From the NCBI GenBank assembly GCA_027923505.1, contig BROI01000002.1, positions 2,604,001 through 2,668,000 of the forward strand: a DNA stretch of 64,000 bases, read 5' to 3'. The translations under genes and the position numbers were made by a program. The notes beneath the pieces were generated by a model, which was given only the letters and a program-made list of their open reading frames with translations, did no database searches and was not told the origin of the DNA. Shown here in pieces: positions 10,501 through 23,250 of the stretch; the stretch's first letter is position 1; every line of letters starts with the position of its first letter. The stretch comes from Mayamaea pseudoterrestris. Its lineage: Eukaryota.

Positions 10501-13500
10501 ATTGGTGCTCACTTGGCCAAATTTGGAAAGCTTCTCAATTTTGGCATGAAGCAGCTCTGCAAGAACAATGCGGATTTTTTGTCTGTATTTCTTTATCTCG
10601 GGCAAATTGCATCTGGGCTTGCGGAATTCATAGCGTCCAGTCACTCTGTCTTGCCCCAAAGTATGAAAACGTTTGCCGACAACTTGTACATGACTGTTCG
10701 AGAGCTAGTAGTATGGGACGATATGTCTGTGGACGACAACGCCGCGATGGTGACGGATAGGACGGAACCACGTCGCATAGAGGCATATCCATCAGGCGAT
10801 TTCTTAGAAATTGACGAAACTGAAAGCCTTCCTGGGAAGCGGTCCGCGCCAAACAAAGAAGTTTTCCGCCGCAAGCGTCGCAAGATTTTAGGCTCGGATA
10901 ACACTCGCCAATTAGTGGTACCGAGCCGCCAGGCACTCTTTCTGTCGTCGTCGCTTCTTTTGACTTTAAATCCGACGATCAAGACTTGCGAACAGGTGGG
11001 GCGTAAGCTCCTACGAGTACGAGAACTATCCTTGATAGATCATGCTGACTCAAGTGTGGATGCTTTTGGTGGCGTTGTTGCTTCTTTCCTGATTATTCGC
11101 CCATCCGTATTCCTGCATCAAGCAGCACTGAACACACCATGCAATACCAGGGATGCTTCGATGTCTGTTGCGAGTTTGCTGTGTAAAATCATAGACGGAA
11201 CAAGATCGGTGGTGCCGCCCGATTCATGCTTTTTTCCTTTTGGTTATGATGCTTGTGCTAGTATCGTTCAGATGTGTGAATCCCCGCTTCGCAAGTGTCC
11301 ACTGACGACTGACGAAGCGAGTCAGATTACTCGTTTGTTGAAGGGACTGGAAGACGACAGCGAGCGACGGCATTTCGGTGTGCGTCCTACCATGAGAGCA
11401 CTTCGGCTACGTGCAGCCACAGCAAGTTTCCTATCTGGAGGCGAGAAACTTCACGACGAGCTTGATAGCGCATTTCCTGGGACATTTGTTTTGCCTTCCT
11501 TGTCCGATGCAGATGGATTAGTTCGTCGACAAGCGTCTTTTGCAGTAGCAGCCGCTCTCGAAATGATGGGTGACGAAGATCGCGTTGTCGAATCTGTCCG
11601 TAAATATATCCTACCGCTAACGCGCAACCCAGAATTTGTAGATGAAGAATACAAGGTTTGGTGTGCTGTCAAGGATGTCTCTTACAACTCAGATCCTACC
11701 CGTATTCAATTTTGGCAAGATGCGAAATTGGCGGTGGCATGGGATGCCTTGAATTGCTTGTCGACTATTGCTATTGCGTGTTGCTTAACAAACGAAGAAC
11801 ATTCCAGGCGAATAATGTTTGAACTGATTGAGCTGAGTGCGAGTCGGCCCGAGTTACGCTGTGTTTGCTTCCAGTGGTTCGACACAATGGCTAATGGTCT
11901 TGGATTCACAAGTGCCGAACAGCTAGTCGAAAGCCTAACAGAAGACATCTTGCACAGATGGATTGGAACGCAAGAGTACAAACTTGCGGATATCCCAATG
12001 CTCTTGGCAGCGCCTGGATTGATGCGTTATTGTTTGGATTCTGGACGTTCCTTGGCTTCTCACGTAGATGAGCATTGTGCTATTGATTGCGCCGAGATCC
12101 AGACGCAAATTGTCGCCAATTTTATACGACGATGGAATAGATCGATCATTCCCCGCGTAATGGCCTGTATCCTGTCGCATATGGTGATGGATTCAGTAAC
12201 AAGAGACGGAAGGCGCAGCTTTCTTGGACACCCGTACACACAAGAGATTTGCTGCGTGTATGACAATGCTTTTAATGACGAACTTGTCAAGTCTATACTC
12301 AAAAAATACCTCCCCGATATCCTCGCATTTCAAATGGTTCTATCATGCGGGAATGACTTTCACCAACAAGTCGCCAACGAGATTGCTATGTTGCTGAATG
12401 GTTTGCTCATGGAACATACAGTCCGCGAGGAAGGTCAAAAGCGAGCGACTGCTGCTCTTCGTCGGTTTCTTGAAACGATCGGGAGTAGTAAATTGATTGA
12501 TGGCCATCAAGATGTGTTTAAGAAAATGCACGGCGCCATGAGTAAATTCGTGGCGACATATGGAGCTGACGGCGAAAACATATTCCTCAGAGTGGGAACG
12601 AACACACCAGAGCTCCTGTTAGTTTCGCTTTATCACCTTTCGTGCGCACACGCTCCGTCGCACTTGCAAAAGAAATATGAGGCTGTCGATTTTGTTTGTG
12701 GAGTACTTTCAAATACGTTGAATGATTGCAAGGGCACCGAAAATGTCGACTTCGTCTTTTGTATTCAATTATTGTCGATCCTATTGTTTCAAGCGAAGTT
12801 CGAAAGCATTCATTGCCGCATCCTTAGCACGATACGTGAAATCGTTACAGTGGCGCTCTTCAAGTCGAAAACTTCACATCTTGTTGCTGCAGCGATAAAG
12901 CGAGTGGCGAAGGAGCTTCTTGCCGTTTCTATGCACCTCCACGAAACGAGCCAGATGATTGTCCTTGCCCAATGGGATGATATATCGAAAACGGCCAATA
13001 GAGCTTATCGACTGAGTCTTGGTTTGTATGTTGGTCTAACTAGTCTCCCGTCTGACGATGCGTGGGACTGGGTTGACAGATCCGGATCTGAGGCAGCCAC
13101 CTACTCGCTGAGTGAGGTGCTGGCCAAAGATTCTCATCAAGTAGACGCGGATCACTTATTGAAGCTACGTGAGACGTACGAAATTATCAAGTTACTCATT
13201 GAAGGCGAAAGTGAGCGATCACTTTTTCTCGACCAAAATGATTTCATTGGAGCGGCTTCACCGTACAAGGTTGACCAACGACAAATTAACACATTGGCCG
13301 CAGTTAAGACCTATTATGCAGCTCAGGTGCTTGTCCAGGAATTTTTGCAACGCAATGCTTTGGACACAATATCGAACTGGACCTGGTTGAACGATGCGAG
13401 CGACGAAGGCAGTATGTCCACGACCCCAGTATCGCCGATTAGGCAGCGCATTCTTATTGCCGAACTAGATAAGCTGAAAGACTGGTTAAAGCTTGGATTA

Positions 13501-16500
13501 GGAGACGGGGAAGCATCCCATTTTGTCAAGGAGGATCTGGTAAGGCGACTAGGTAGTTACTGCGAGACGCGGTATCCGGACATTATTCGGCTTGCTGCCG
13601 GCCGCTGCTTGGGAGAGTTGGCCCTTGACCGAATAGTACTACAAACTCCTGGATCGGAATTGAGAGCTAGCTCGGACGTATCAACTGCTCCGCAAGGTAT
13701 ATGGGATGGCAATGAGTATTCAAAGGCGCGCTGCGTTGTAGCTGCTCTCCGCTCGTTACACTCCACTGACCAAAGAACCGCAATGATTGCTCTCGACACG
13801 GTGAAGCTACTTCTTGCCCAGCTCGACCTCGGGCTATACGAGCGTCACGTAAAAAACGCTCAATCCCTAGCTCTACTACGGTCGTTTCCGACGAAGACTA
13901 GTCGCGAATTGGCCAATTCTTTTTTGCTGTCACGGTTTGAGCAGCAACGAGTTTTTGATGCTGCTTGCAAGATAGCTCAGTCGAGTCTTTCAAAAGACCT
14001 GGAATGGTGTTGGGATACGAATCTTTGGACAAACGTTGCTGATGTTTCGTTCGAAGAGTGGATTTGCTGCATTGTTCCGGCAATCATAATTTGCTGTCAC
14101 GATAAACTGACTTTGTCCAACTCAAGTGCCTCATTTTTCTCTTTGCTGGTACGACTCTGTGCGACGGTGGCCGAAGTTGCGGAAATGGCATTTCATGCTT
14201 TATTACTCGAACTACTTATAAACGATGATTTCGATTTACAACAAACGTCAACTCCTGTACAACGAGATACATGGATCGGCAGCCCGAACGGACACTTCAA
14301 CATGAAGATTTCCTCTGCATTTACGGTGGTTTTTGCAGCGGCAGTCGGAACCGACGCCTCGGACAAACTCCGCGACAAACGGACGCTTATTCTTCTCCTC
14401 GATCTGATTGACTTCCTCCGCCAACTAACACTGCACCGCTTCAAAGAATCAAAGTCACACGCCCGCAACAAGATGAAAAAGATAAAAGACGGGAACGAAC
14501 GCCCGACCCATCCGTCCGGATGGCATGGCATACCATATGGAACAGTTCTTCGCATCGACGGTCTTCTTGCCGCAGGTGCATGTCTGTGCGCAAACCGATT
14601 GGTTTCGGCTATGTTTTACGCTGAATTGTACGCAGACAATCGACTGGGTGGGCCTTCAAGGGCGTTCGCGTTTTTGTCTTCAGAAAGTCAAACGCCATCT
14701 TTCAACAACAGCTCATCGAGTGAAATTAGTGGATTTGGCCGGACTCTGACGGAAGGTACGAGGAACAAACGTGTCGAAGAGATCGTATCTGATGAAGAAA
14801 TTATGAGATATATGACGGTATTGAAGGATGGAATGGCAGGGCTTTTGGAGAAGGAAAGCGCGAGAGCGATTTCTAGCCTGCAGTCAAATTTCCTCATAAG
14901 GCAAGGCCATGCTTTTTCTCTCATTGGGCTCAACACTGTTACTGAAGAAAATGCGCTAATTCAGCTGCAGCAATTGGAATACATTCAGGTTGGTCGGCCA
15001 GGATGGGGTGAATCCTCGACCGTCTCGGCGGCTCGGTGCCTCGACGCCTTAGGACTAGCAGGCACCGTGCAGCACTATATTCAAGGTATTTCGGTTGATA
15101 GATCGCACGAACTTCATTCGTCATCGTCTGACGTAAGCCAGTTGAGGGAGAAATGGTTTGAAAATGCAATTTATCGGATGAGTTGGGATGATACGATTTT
15201 CAACGCGGACGTAGACGCCATGATGCCGCAGAGAACTCCTCCGCCCGAGTTCAGCGGTCACAACTCGACTGATGTAGGCTTCCACGAGAGTTTGGTGCAA
15301 GCAATCGACTTTTTCAGTCAAGACGATGTCGGACAAACTCAGGCGTCCTTGAGTCGAAGTCAAAAGCTAATCATTGACCTTCTTCCTGCGATATCAAACC
15401 GGGAAGTGCGAATAGAAAAGCTCGGCTGGTCGCTCGAACGCCTTGGCTCTTTGTGCAAGATCATGGACATTCTTGATTGCTCCGGGGATTTAGAAAACAA
15501 TCTCAAAATGCTCGACCAGAAAGTGCGCCATCTGGAGGCGAGCCCGGATCATGAATCATCAACCTTGAACGTGGCGCCATGTGGGACAAGATTTATGGAT
15601 AGCATAACGGAACTTTTATTGCGATCTCTTTATAGACGTGAGCTGAGCAAAGGAAACGATCAGAATGCCCAGGTTGTTTTGAAGCAACTCGCTCATCATC
15701 TGTGGAAACAGTGCTCATTCGAGTATCGCAATCCTTTACAAGAAATGGCCTCAGTCGCCCTTCAACGCTTGTTTATTGTCGTCAGGGCCTCTCCATCACA
15801 TGATTACGATATCACGAAGCTAAGGCTGCAGGAATCACGCATTCTTGAGGCGAAAGGGGACATCACTGGAGCCATTCGGCACGCAACACAGGTCGTAAGG
15901 CTTCTTAAAGAGGTTTCTTCACAGTGTGACGAAATCTATGGAGAGGCCTTGATCACTTGCGGCGAATGGATGGCTAAGTATAAAGTTAAGCCGGGAAATG
16001 CAATTCTTGAAAATTTCTTTGAACCAGGAAGCGTGGTCGCTCAAAAAGCGTACGAGAAGGCGCAGGACGAGAAAACGTTGCATCGCCTGACAGCGTCTTA
16101 CCTTGCTCTCGGACGACTGACATGCGATTTGTTCGAGGCTGTGCGGGTTCGAATGAACAGTGCTGAATGGCGGGACCAAGAACAGAGGCTAGACTATCAA
16201 GAGAACGAGCTCAAAGAATGTGAAAATCTGTTGAAGGAGGCTGAAAAAAATTTGAAAGAAAAGTCGTCAAAAAAAGACAAAGCGCTGCTTGACAATGAGA
16301 TAACCAACAACAAGATATACAAGGCAAAGTTACGAAAAGAGGTAGACAAATTGAAGGCGGAGCGCATGGTGATTGAAATCTCGAAAGAGCGGTATCGCAA
16401 AATTGCCCTAAAATCTATATCGAACGCACTTCAGGTGGCGTGCGTCCGAGACTCTTCACCAATGGAAAAGTACGTCTACATGCTTTTCTCCCTCTGGTTT

Positions 16501-18503
16501 TCCACAAGCAATGTCGACAGTTCCGTCACAATTGATGATGTTCTTCCTGACTTTGAACGGATTCCGTCGTTTCGCTTCGTACCTCTTGCCAATCAGTTCG
16601 TTGCGCGTATCGGTTGCGTGGATCTTTCATCGACAAGTGACGCATCTAACGATTCCCTTACAAACCTGATTTCAAGGATGTGCCTCGAGCATCCGTATCA
16701 CTGCCTTCAGTATATTGTTTACTTGTCGCATGCTGACGAGAATGGAAGCCCTAAGAGTAATGCAGCCAAGTATTTCCAAGCACAGCTGAGAAACGACGCG
16801 AAGACATTTCGTCTCTTAGGAAACTACGAACTCCTTGTACACGCTTACATACATCTTGCAGAAGCTGCGGTCGACAAGACAAAGAACTTTCGAGGGGCTA
16901 ACGTTCCGTTCTCAAAAATTGGCAAGCCCATGGAGCGTCTCGATTCTTGCTTGGAGGGTGCCCCCGTTGAGGATCGACCATGTATTCTCACGAAACTACC
17001 CATATTGCGCCCAGTGGCTAAGTACGGAGATTTAAGAGAGGACTCATCGACCGATTTAATTCTTGGTTTTGAACGCGAATTCACCATTGCTGAGGGAGGA
17101 ATGAATGTTCCAAAAATTGTGAAATGCGTAGGTACTAGACAGGAACGATATAAACAGCTCGTCAAGGGAAAGGACGAGATCCGCCAGGATGCTGTCATGC
17201 AGCAAATGTTTTGTTATATCAATCAGTTGCTGCAGCGACGCCAGGAGCTTCCGGAAGTACAACGCGAAGGCGACGACGGCGTTCTTCGCAAACCCCTTAA
17301 GCTCGTTACATACAACATTGTCCCCTTAAGCCCTCTGTGCGGAGTAAGTTTATTTTTTGTATTTTGCGAATTCGATTGCAATTGTTAGCTCTGACATGAT
17401 GGTTTCTCTGTTTGTGTAGGTGCTCGAGTGGGTGGACAAGACCGTAGCGTTTAACGATTTCATTGTCGACTCAGCGAAGAGCAAGACCCCAGGCGCCCAC
17501 TCTAGGTAAGACGATGACAATCTTAAGCTGTCAGAAAAGGTAATACTGACTGAATGCTCGCCGCTAGATATTACCCAGGCGAATGGCCGAGTCAGTATTG
17601 TCGAGGTTATCTTGAGAAAGAGACTGAAAACAAATTGAAAGCATTCACAGAGATACTTCGACATCACTCGCCATGCTTTCGTTACTTTTTCGTTGAGAAA
17701 TTTGGCCATCGCATGGACGAGTGGCATTCAGCCCGGCTTAGATACGCTCGTTCGGTTGCAGTTAATTCTATTGTTGGCCATGTACTTGGTATTGGTGATC
17801 GTCACAGTAGCAACATCCTAGTTCATCAGACGACTGCCGAACTGGTTCACATCGACTTTGGAATTGTCTTCGAGCAAGGGCGATTACTGAGAACCCCGGA
17901 GAAAGGTACGAAAAGAGATAGCTTTGCGGTCAAAATCGTGGCTTTAAAGTCTTTTCTCACTGAGAAGCGTTTCGTCTAGTCCCATTTCGCCTGACTCAGA
18001 ATATCGTGGACGGCTTGGGACCGACTGGTGTCGACGGCGTCTTCACGGACACGGCTGAAACAACCATGCTTGTATTAAAACACAACTCGACCGCACTGCT
18101 GACTATTCTGACCTCAATCGCAGCGGATCCTCTCTACATGTGGACTTTAAGTCCAGTCAAAGCTCGAGCAAAGCAGCTTGTCAGAGAGAAGTCGGACGAC
18201 GACGAGCCATTTGAAGACGACGACAACCCTGACGATTTCAATTGCAAAAGCACTGAACCTACGGTTGATGTGCTGAAAGCAAAACATGACAAGGAAATGA
18301 CGGATGAAGCCATGAATGATGCGAAGCGGAATGACCAAGCGACGCACATCATTGCCAAAGTTCAACAAAAGTTGCAAGGTTACGAAGATGGTACCTCCGG
18401 CGAGCAACAGGGTGTCAAAGGACAGATCCAACTCCTTATCAACCAGGCTCGTGAAATTGACAACCTGGCTAACATGTATTCAGGTTGGGCTCCTTGGCTT
18501 TGA
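7599..18503 (+). CDS. ATM: ATM/Tel1 PIKK-family Ser/Thr kinase, ~3542 aa; 5 exons (introns 8489-8552, 17344-17419, 17506-17567, 17906-17979)
   Basis: N-terminal TAN-like motif (LAEGKNIKDRRRDGEEL) and FAT region. Kinase motifs KQLVKGKDEIRQDAVMQQ, GIGDRHSSNIL, HIDFG and VPFRLTQN. FATC end LANMYSGWAPWL*. All four GT-AG introns keep frame. Confidence 0.92.
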
Positions 18504-18609
18504 AAGGAGATGCGATAGAACTTTAGTATTACTGTACTCATATAGATAGTATTTGCAGACTCGCACTATCTACGGTAGGAATCTTACATAAATTTTAATT
18601 AGAAAGTAT

Positions 18610-20382
18610 TTATTCGCGATTTGTTAATAGCGCTTGGTCCATGGTCAGCAAAATCGGTGAACCGAGCGCCTTCCAGCACGTCACATGAACAAGCACGAGC
18701 GACGTTTGTTCCTCTGCTGCCTCGTCATTCTCAACTGGCTTCTCGCAGCAATTCCGATACATATACATGCCATTTTCATTGTCAAAAAACATCTTAAAGT
18801 TGATCCCGCAGATGACGCATCGGCTACGCGCTTCGTCGGCAGGGTAGACATCATCAGGTTGCTCCGTGTTCTGACCACTATCAAAGTCTACTCCACTTAA
18901 AGTCGACGCCGCTGTTTGCGCTGGCGATTCTGACTCAGACCGCGTCCAGATTGAGTCAGCCATTGTCCAACCGCGCTCTTCGGTGCGCGCCATGGACTTT
19001 TCCAGCTGGTTTCGCTTAAAGAGCGCGTCTAAATGTTGTGAAAGTTCGAGTTGTGTCGCAAACCGACGTCCATCGGAGGAACTAACAAAAGGTAGCCCAA
19101 CTTGGTACAAGTAGCCAATAGCCATATCGTTTCTTTGCTTGACACCAGCGTTGGTGAAGAGTGACTTGTCCGTGTATGCGCGGAATTGATGTTGATGCGA
19201 GTTAGCAGGTATTGCCGCCGCGCCGCCACCAGATGATTTTTGCATCGTTCGACACTCCTCATTCTGTTGTACGCGTTCCAGCGTCGTTTGCAGAACCGTC
19301 GATAGGGCTTGCGCCACGCCCAAGTATATTGTCATTTGCTGTGCTTCCTGCTGCGTGTATAAAACATCAACGTCTGGCGATGGCTGATAGCGCAGCTTGT
19401 GAATGACTGGCGTAGCTTTAGTAACATCCCAAGAAAGGTCAGCCCATTCTTTTTCAAGTTGCAATGCAGCTGGAGAGCGTGTATCGAACTGCAAGTACGC
19501 CGGCTTCATCCTGGCACCATCAAAATGCTCGTGTCCATAGTTGCCCCCATTTTGACTGGTTGCTGCCGCGTTCATGTTATCCTGCGCTGTTGTTTTTATA
19601 TTAGCAAGTATTTCTGGACCAATGTCAGCCAGTCTTTCCAGCGATACCTTTTCCAGTTCGTTCGTCTTGTCGCTCTGCATGGCATCCAAAACTGCTTGCA
19701 TTTCTCGTCGAAGCGGCGCTGGCAAGACCAAGGTTCCATCCGCCGTGACTGGTATTCCAGCCACAATTCTCGTCGAACCTAGTGGATTGTTGGAAGTGAT
19801 GCTGAAGCATCGCCCAATGACTTTGAGTGACTGTGGCGTAAATATTTGCGAGTCCTGCCATGTCTTGTAGACGCGTTGTAGTTTCTGCTGCATGGGAGGA
19901 GTGAGTTTGCCGTACACCATTGGCATCCACTCTTGCGCGTCCTCTTGTATGATTTCAATAAACTTTCCACCCTTATTCTTCAAAACCGAGTCAATAACAT
20001 AGACAATGGGTATTAAACTGTCGCGTGAAGCAGACATGAGACGCTCTCGAATGACATTGTACAAGGCTTTGGCCGACGCGAGTGAATCGGCAAAGTCCTC
20101 GGCTATCACTGATAGAGCGGTGATTTCTGCCTTGTCCTAAGCACAATGATTAGTAAAGTGAGTTATGAGTTAACAACTTTAGAGCTCAAACTCTGGCCTC
20201 TAGCCAGTTTGTACAAAAGCAAATACTACAGTACCCGACGACCCAGTCCGACGCACCAATTTGTTGCCAAGCTGCTCTAGAGCATCTCGGTACTCATCCA
20301 GTTGCTCCTGATCCACTGAACCTTCGTCTTCGTCATCATCGTCAATAACCTCGACTGGATTTTCTATCGAGGTTTTTGACAT
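18610..20382 (-). CDS. PCF11: PCF11 pre-mRNA cleavage/termination factor (CID domain + C-terminal zinc fingers); intron 20137-20256
   Basis: YRDALEQL..DKAEITALSVIAED and IPIVYVIDSVLKN (CID domain), GRRF..LSQHLDALF, CVICG..F..FFD and VHVTC. Confidence 0.85.
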
Positions 20383-20574
20383 GGCGAATGGCGACGAAAG
20401 GCGAATGGTCGATGACGGCTTGTTCACTGTCTGCAAGATGAACCGCGCCGCGAGGCGCGACAATTAATGTCGCACCGCAACACGTCGGATCGAACGGACG
20501 ACGGCAAGACGTCTCGCTGCGACAACCAAGCAAAAACATTCCGTCTCATTTTTCTTTCGTTCCCTCCTTCGACC

Positions 20575-22083
20575 ATGAGCGACACCAACGCCATGGACAA
20601 TCTAAAAGTCACAATTGCCGCCGGAACCTACGATGGCGTTCTTGCCGGGTGGGAGCTCTCGGGCCGCACTAGAAAATTGAAACTCATGTTTGCATCGCCC
20701 GTCCACCAAGGATCAATTCGCGGACTCGCATTGGCGGCGGCATCGGCATCGAAAGACTCCAAAAATAAGCAGTTGCAGCAACATTCCGTATTGGTCTCGT
20801 GCGGTTATGATGAATCCTTGCAGCTGCACGATTTTACCAAGCGCGTCACTTCGTCCGGCCAATTACGAACACCGGCAGAGTTTGGCACGCCGGAATGTCT
20901 TCAACTGGCACCGCCGCCACCTAGCTACATGGTGTCGTCACAGTCAACAGCAACAACAGCATCAACTCACTGTCTCGTTGGATTTTCGTCTGGAAAGCTA
21001 GTCTTGTATCAAAAGAAGGACTGGAGTTTGGTTCATGTCATGGCGCCGGGTCATGTTGATGGGGTGGCGAGCGTGGCGGTTCATCCGTCAGGCAAGCTTG
21101 CCATTTCCGGCGGACGAATCGATGGCAAGCTTCAATTATGGGATTTGCAGACAGGTAAGCTGGCGTTTGTACACAAGGTCAAGTCGACCTTGTCAAACGG
21201 TAGTGGAAAACGAAAGAGTAGCAGTAGTCAACGACACGATGCGATTGAAACCATCGTTTGGAGTCCACCGCAAGGTTCAGTTGCTTCAGATGAAACTGCT
21301 GCAGCTGCAGGAAGTGCATACGCATATTGCCATGGCCAACATGTGACTGTACGAGACGTGGCATCCGGCAAGGACCTGCTTGATGTAGAGCTTTCAACCC
21401 GTGTCAATCAACTGTGTTTTCTGCAAGGCGAATCCCTCTTTGTTGTTGCGGCTGGCAACGATGGCTCACTAGCGGTGTTAAAAGTCGGCAGTCCACAAGA
21501 CAAGAGCATTGAGCGACGAGCCATCATGGCGATTGAACCAGTGGAGACTGACACTGGAGCAGCAGTGGCTGGCGAGGAGCGCTTCAAGTGCTTGCAGCAT
21601 GTTACTGGCAACATTGTTGCGACTGCTAATAGTGCGGGCGTCGTGAGTCTAATGGATCTGACGGGAGCCGTAAACATGATTCTTGACCAGCCAGAAAATG
21701 ATGATTCAGACTTAGATGAGGAGGCAGTTGTGGAAGAGGAGAGTGACGAGGAGGACAAGGACGACGATGGCAGCGTCGAACTGGCAGTGGATTTAATCGA
21801 TAGTATTCAACTTGGTACAGGCGCCCGAATAACCTGCTTGACAGCATGGGCAGAAGAGGCGGACGACGCGGAAGACGTGGAAGCATTGGAGCCGACTAAT
21901 GCAACAACAATTGAGGAAACAGAAGGTTTTTCCGGGGGACTTAAGCGACGACGCGACGCTTCAACGGCTAACGAGGTCGTGCTCGACAAAGAAGACTTGC
22001 TCAAGGCACGGGAGCTGGTTTCGAAGGCTAAGAAGATTCAAGAGCGAACAGAAAAGAAACGACACAAGAAGAGGAATATATAG
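20575..22083 (+). CDS. WD40 ribosome-biogenesis protein MAK11/PAK1IP1-like
   Basis: N-terminal AGTYDGVLAGW, then VAVHPSGKLAISGG..LWDL, RFKCL and GARITCL, with a basic C-terminal tail. Confidence 0.8.
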   Translation: MSDTNAMDNLKVTIAAGTYDGVLAGWELSGRTRKLKLMFASPVHQGSIRGLALAAASASKDSKNKQLQQHSVLVSCGYDESLQLHDFTKRVTSSGQLRTPAEFGTPECLQLAPPPPSYMVSSQSTATTASTHCLVGFSSGKLVLYQKKDWSLVHVMAPGHVDGVASVAVHPSGKLAISGGRIDGKLQLWDLQTGKLAFVHKVKSTLSNGSGKRKSSSSQRHDAIETIVWSPPQGSVASDETAAAAGSAYAYCHGQHVTVRDVASGKDLLDVELSTRVNQLCFLQGESLFVVAAGNDGSLAVLKVGSPQDKSIERRAIMAIEPVETDTGAAVAGEERFKCLQHVTGNIVATANSAGVVSLMDLTGAVNMILDQPENDDSDLDEEAVVEEESDEEDKDDDGSVELAVDLIDSIQLGTGARITCLTAWAEEADDAEDVEALEPTNATTIEETEGFSGGLKRRRDASTANEVVLDKEDLLKARELVSKAKKIQERTEKKRHKKRNI

Positions 22084-22178
22084 GACTAACAAAGTTTTAT
22101 GTAAATGGTGTCTGGAAACCCGACGAACGAGTGTAAAACTGTCAAAAGTGCGGGGCGCGCGGCAAAGACTCATCCGGC

Positions 22179-22748
22179 CTACTTTTGTTTACGTTCGCGG
22201 CAATAAACCTTGCCATCCTCATCTTTTAGTATAATAAAAGCTTTCGCAATCTTCTCAGCATCAGACTTGGTAGAAGTAAGGGTTAGACCAGAAACAATAG
22301 CCTGCATACCCTTTCGTTTCAATGCGGGTCCCGGCCGTCCAGAACGCATGCTATAAGTTGTACTGCATGTCGGACAAGCAAGTCGCGGTAAATCTTCCCA
22401 TGCTTGGTCATCGACAATCAAATCGCCTTTCCATAAATCAAAGGCGCATCGAGGACAATTGCCTTGTAGTGCATAGTACTTGCCGCCGACGTTGCCGCAA
22501 ACCATGCGGACGGATTCACCAAACTCCCAGCCTTTAAGTTGATTCAAAGCTGGTAGAGTCACTCCAGTAATTTCCTGACCAAGGCCTCCTTCCAACTCTT
22601 CCTTCAACTCGTCCGCAAGGCTTCTGGTTCTTTTCTTAGCTCCTTGCTTTGGTGCCATCAATATGAAGTGAAAGGACGATGCACACTGGACGAAAAGCAT
22701 CAAGCCAAAGATGGCGACGAAGCCTCTTTCTGATCTCGCTATTCTCAT
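22179..22748 (-). CDS. Plastid-targeted Rieske-ferredoxin-fold protein with CPRC/CPTC in place of the CxH/CxxH ligands
   Basis: Signal peptide + ASS-F. GNVGGKYYALQGNCPRCAFDLWKG...RLACPTCSTTYSMRSG aligns by eye with the NirD/Rieske ferredoxin pattern. Confidence 0.7.
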   Translation of the reverse strand: MRIARSERGFVAIFGLMLFVQCASSFHFILMAPKQGAKKRTRSLADELKEELEGGLGQEITGVTLPALNQLKGWEFGESVRMVCGNVGGKYYALQGNCPRCAFDLWKGDLIVDDQAWEDLPRLACPTCSTTYSMRSGRPGPALKRKGMQAIVSGLTLTSTKSDAEKIAKAFIILKDEDGKVYCRERKQK

Positions 22749-22913
22749 TGCGTATGTCTTTTATCTAGTGTCTATTGTAGACAATTGCTGATAGCTACCT
22801 ATTTACGCTATATACCACACTAGGACGGGAACAGAATGAGCCAAATCACAAAGTTGAACTTGCTCCGACTCCGATCGAGTGAGGCACAAGGAGTCGCAGC
22901 GGCAAAAGTCTCG

Positions 22914-23092
22914 TGACGTAATTGACACTGGCTCTCGTTTCATATAATTGCCTTGTGACGTAATTGACACTGGCACTCGTTTTGTATTATGACCTTGTGA
23001 CGTAATTGACACTGGCACTCGTTTCATACTATTGCCTTGTGACGTAATTGACACTGGCACTCGTTTCGTACTATTGCCTTATGACGTAATCA
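22914..23092 (+). repeat. 42-bp minisatellite array A (4 full units + 11-bp partial)
   Basis: Units start at 22914, 22956, 22998, 23040 and 23082. Consensus tgacgtaattgacactggcactcgtttcatactattgccttg. Confidence 0.97.
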
Positions 23093-23250
23093 TTCATTAC
23101 GCACTCAGTACACAAATCCGATCGCCCTTTGTACCCTTCGTCAAAACAGTCCTGGCGTCGCTACATAGCTTGCCATCACCTCGGACCTCAGCGCTGTAAA
23201 TGCATGAACAGTTATGCATTGGACTCTGTAACAGATAGCTTATTAGCGGA

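Noticed and set aside
8566..17388. The 2940-aa ORF as a stand-alone giant novel protein
   Set aside because: It is exon 2 of ATM. Flanking GT-AG introns join it in frame to the TAN-like and kinase/FATC exons.
22803..23060. ORFs with repeated peptides (VPVSITSQG; also 32632-32919)
   Set aside because: These are translations of the 42-bp minisatellite (a multiple of 3), with no independent coding evidence.
22914..23092. CRISPR array interpretation of the 42-bp repeats (also 32685-32863)
   Set aside because: Units are contiguous and near-identical along their whole length, with no unique spacers and no cas genes, in a eukaryotic context.
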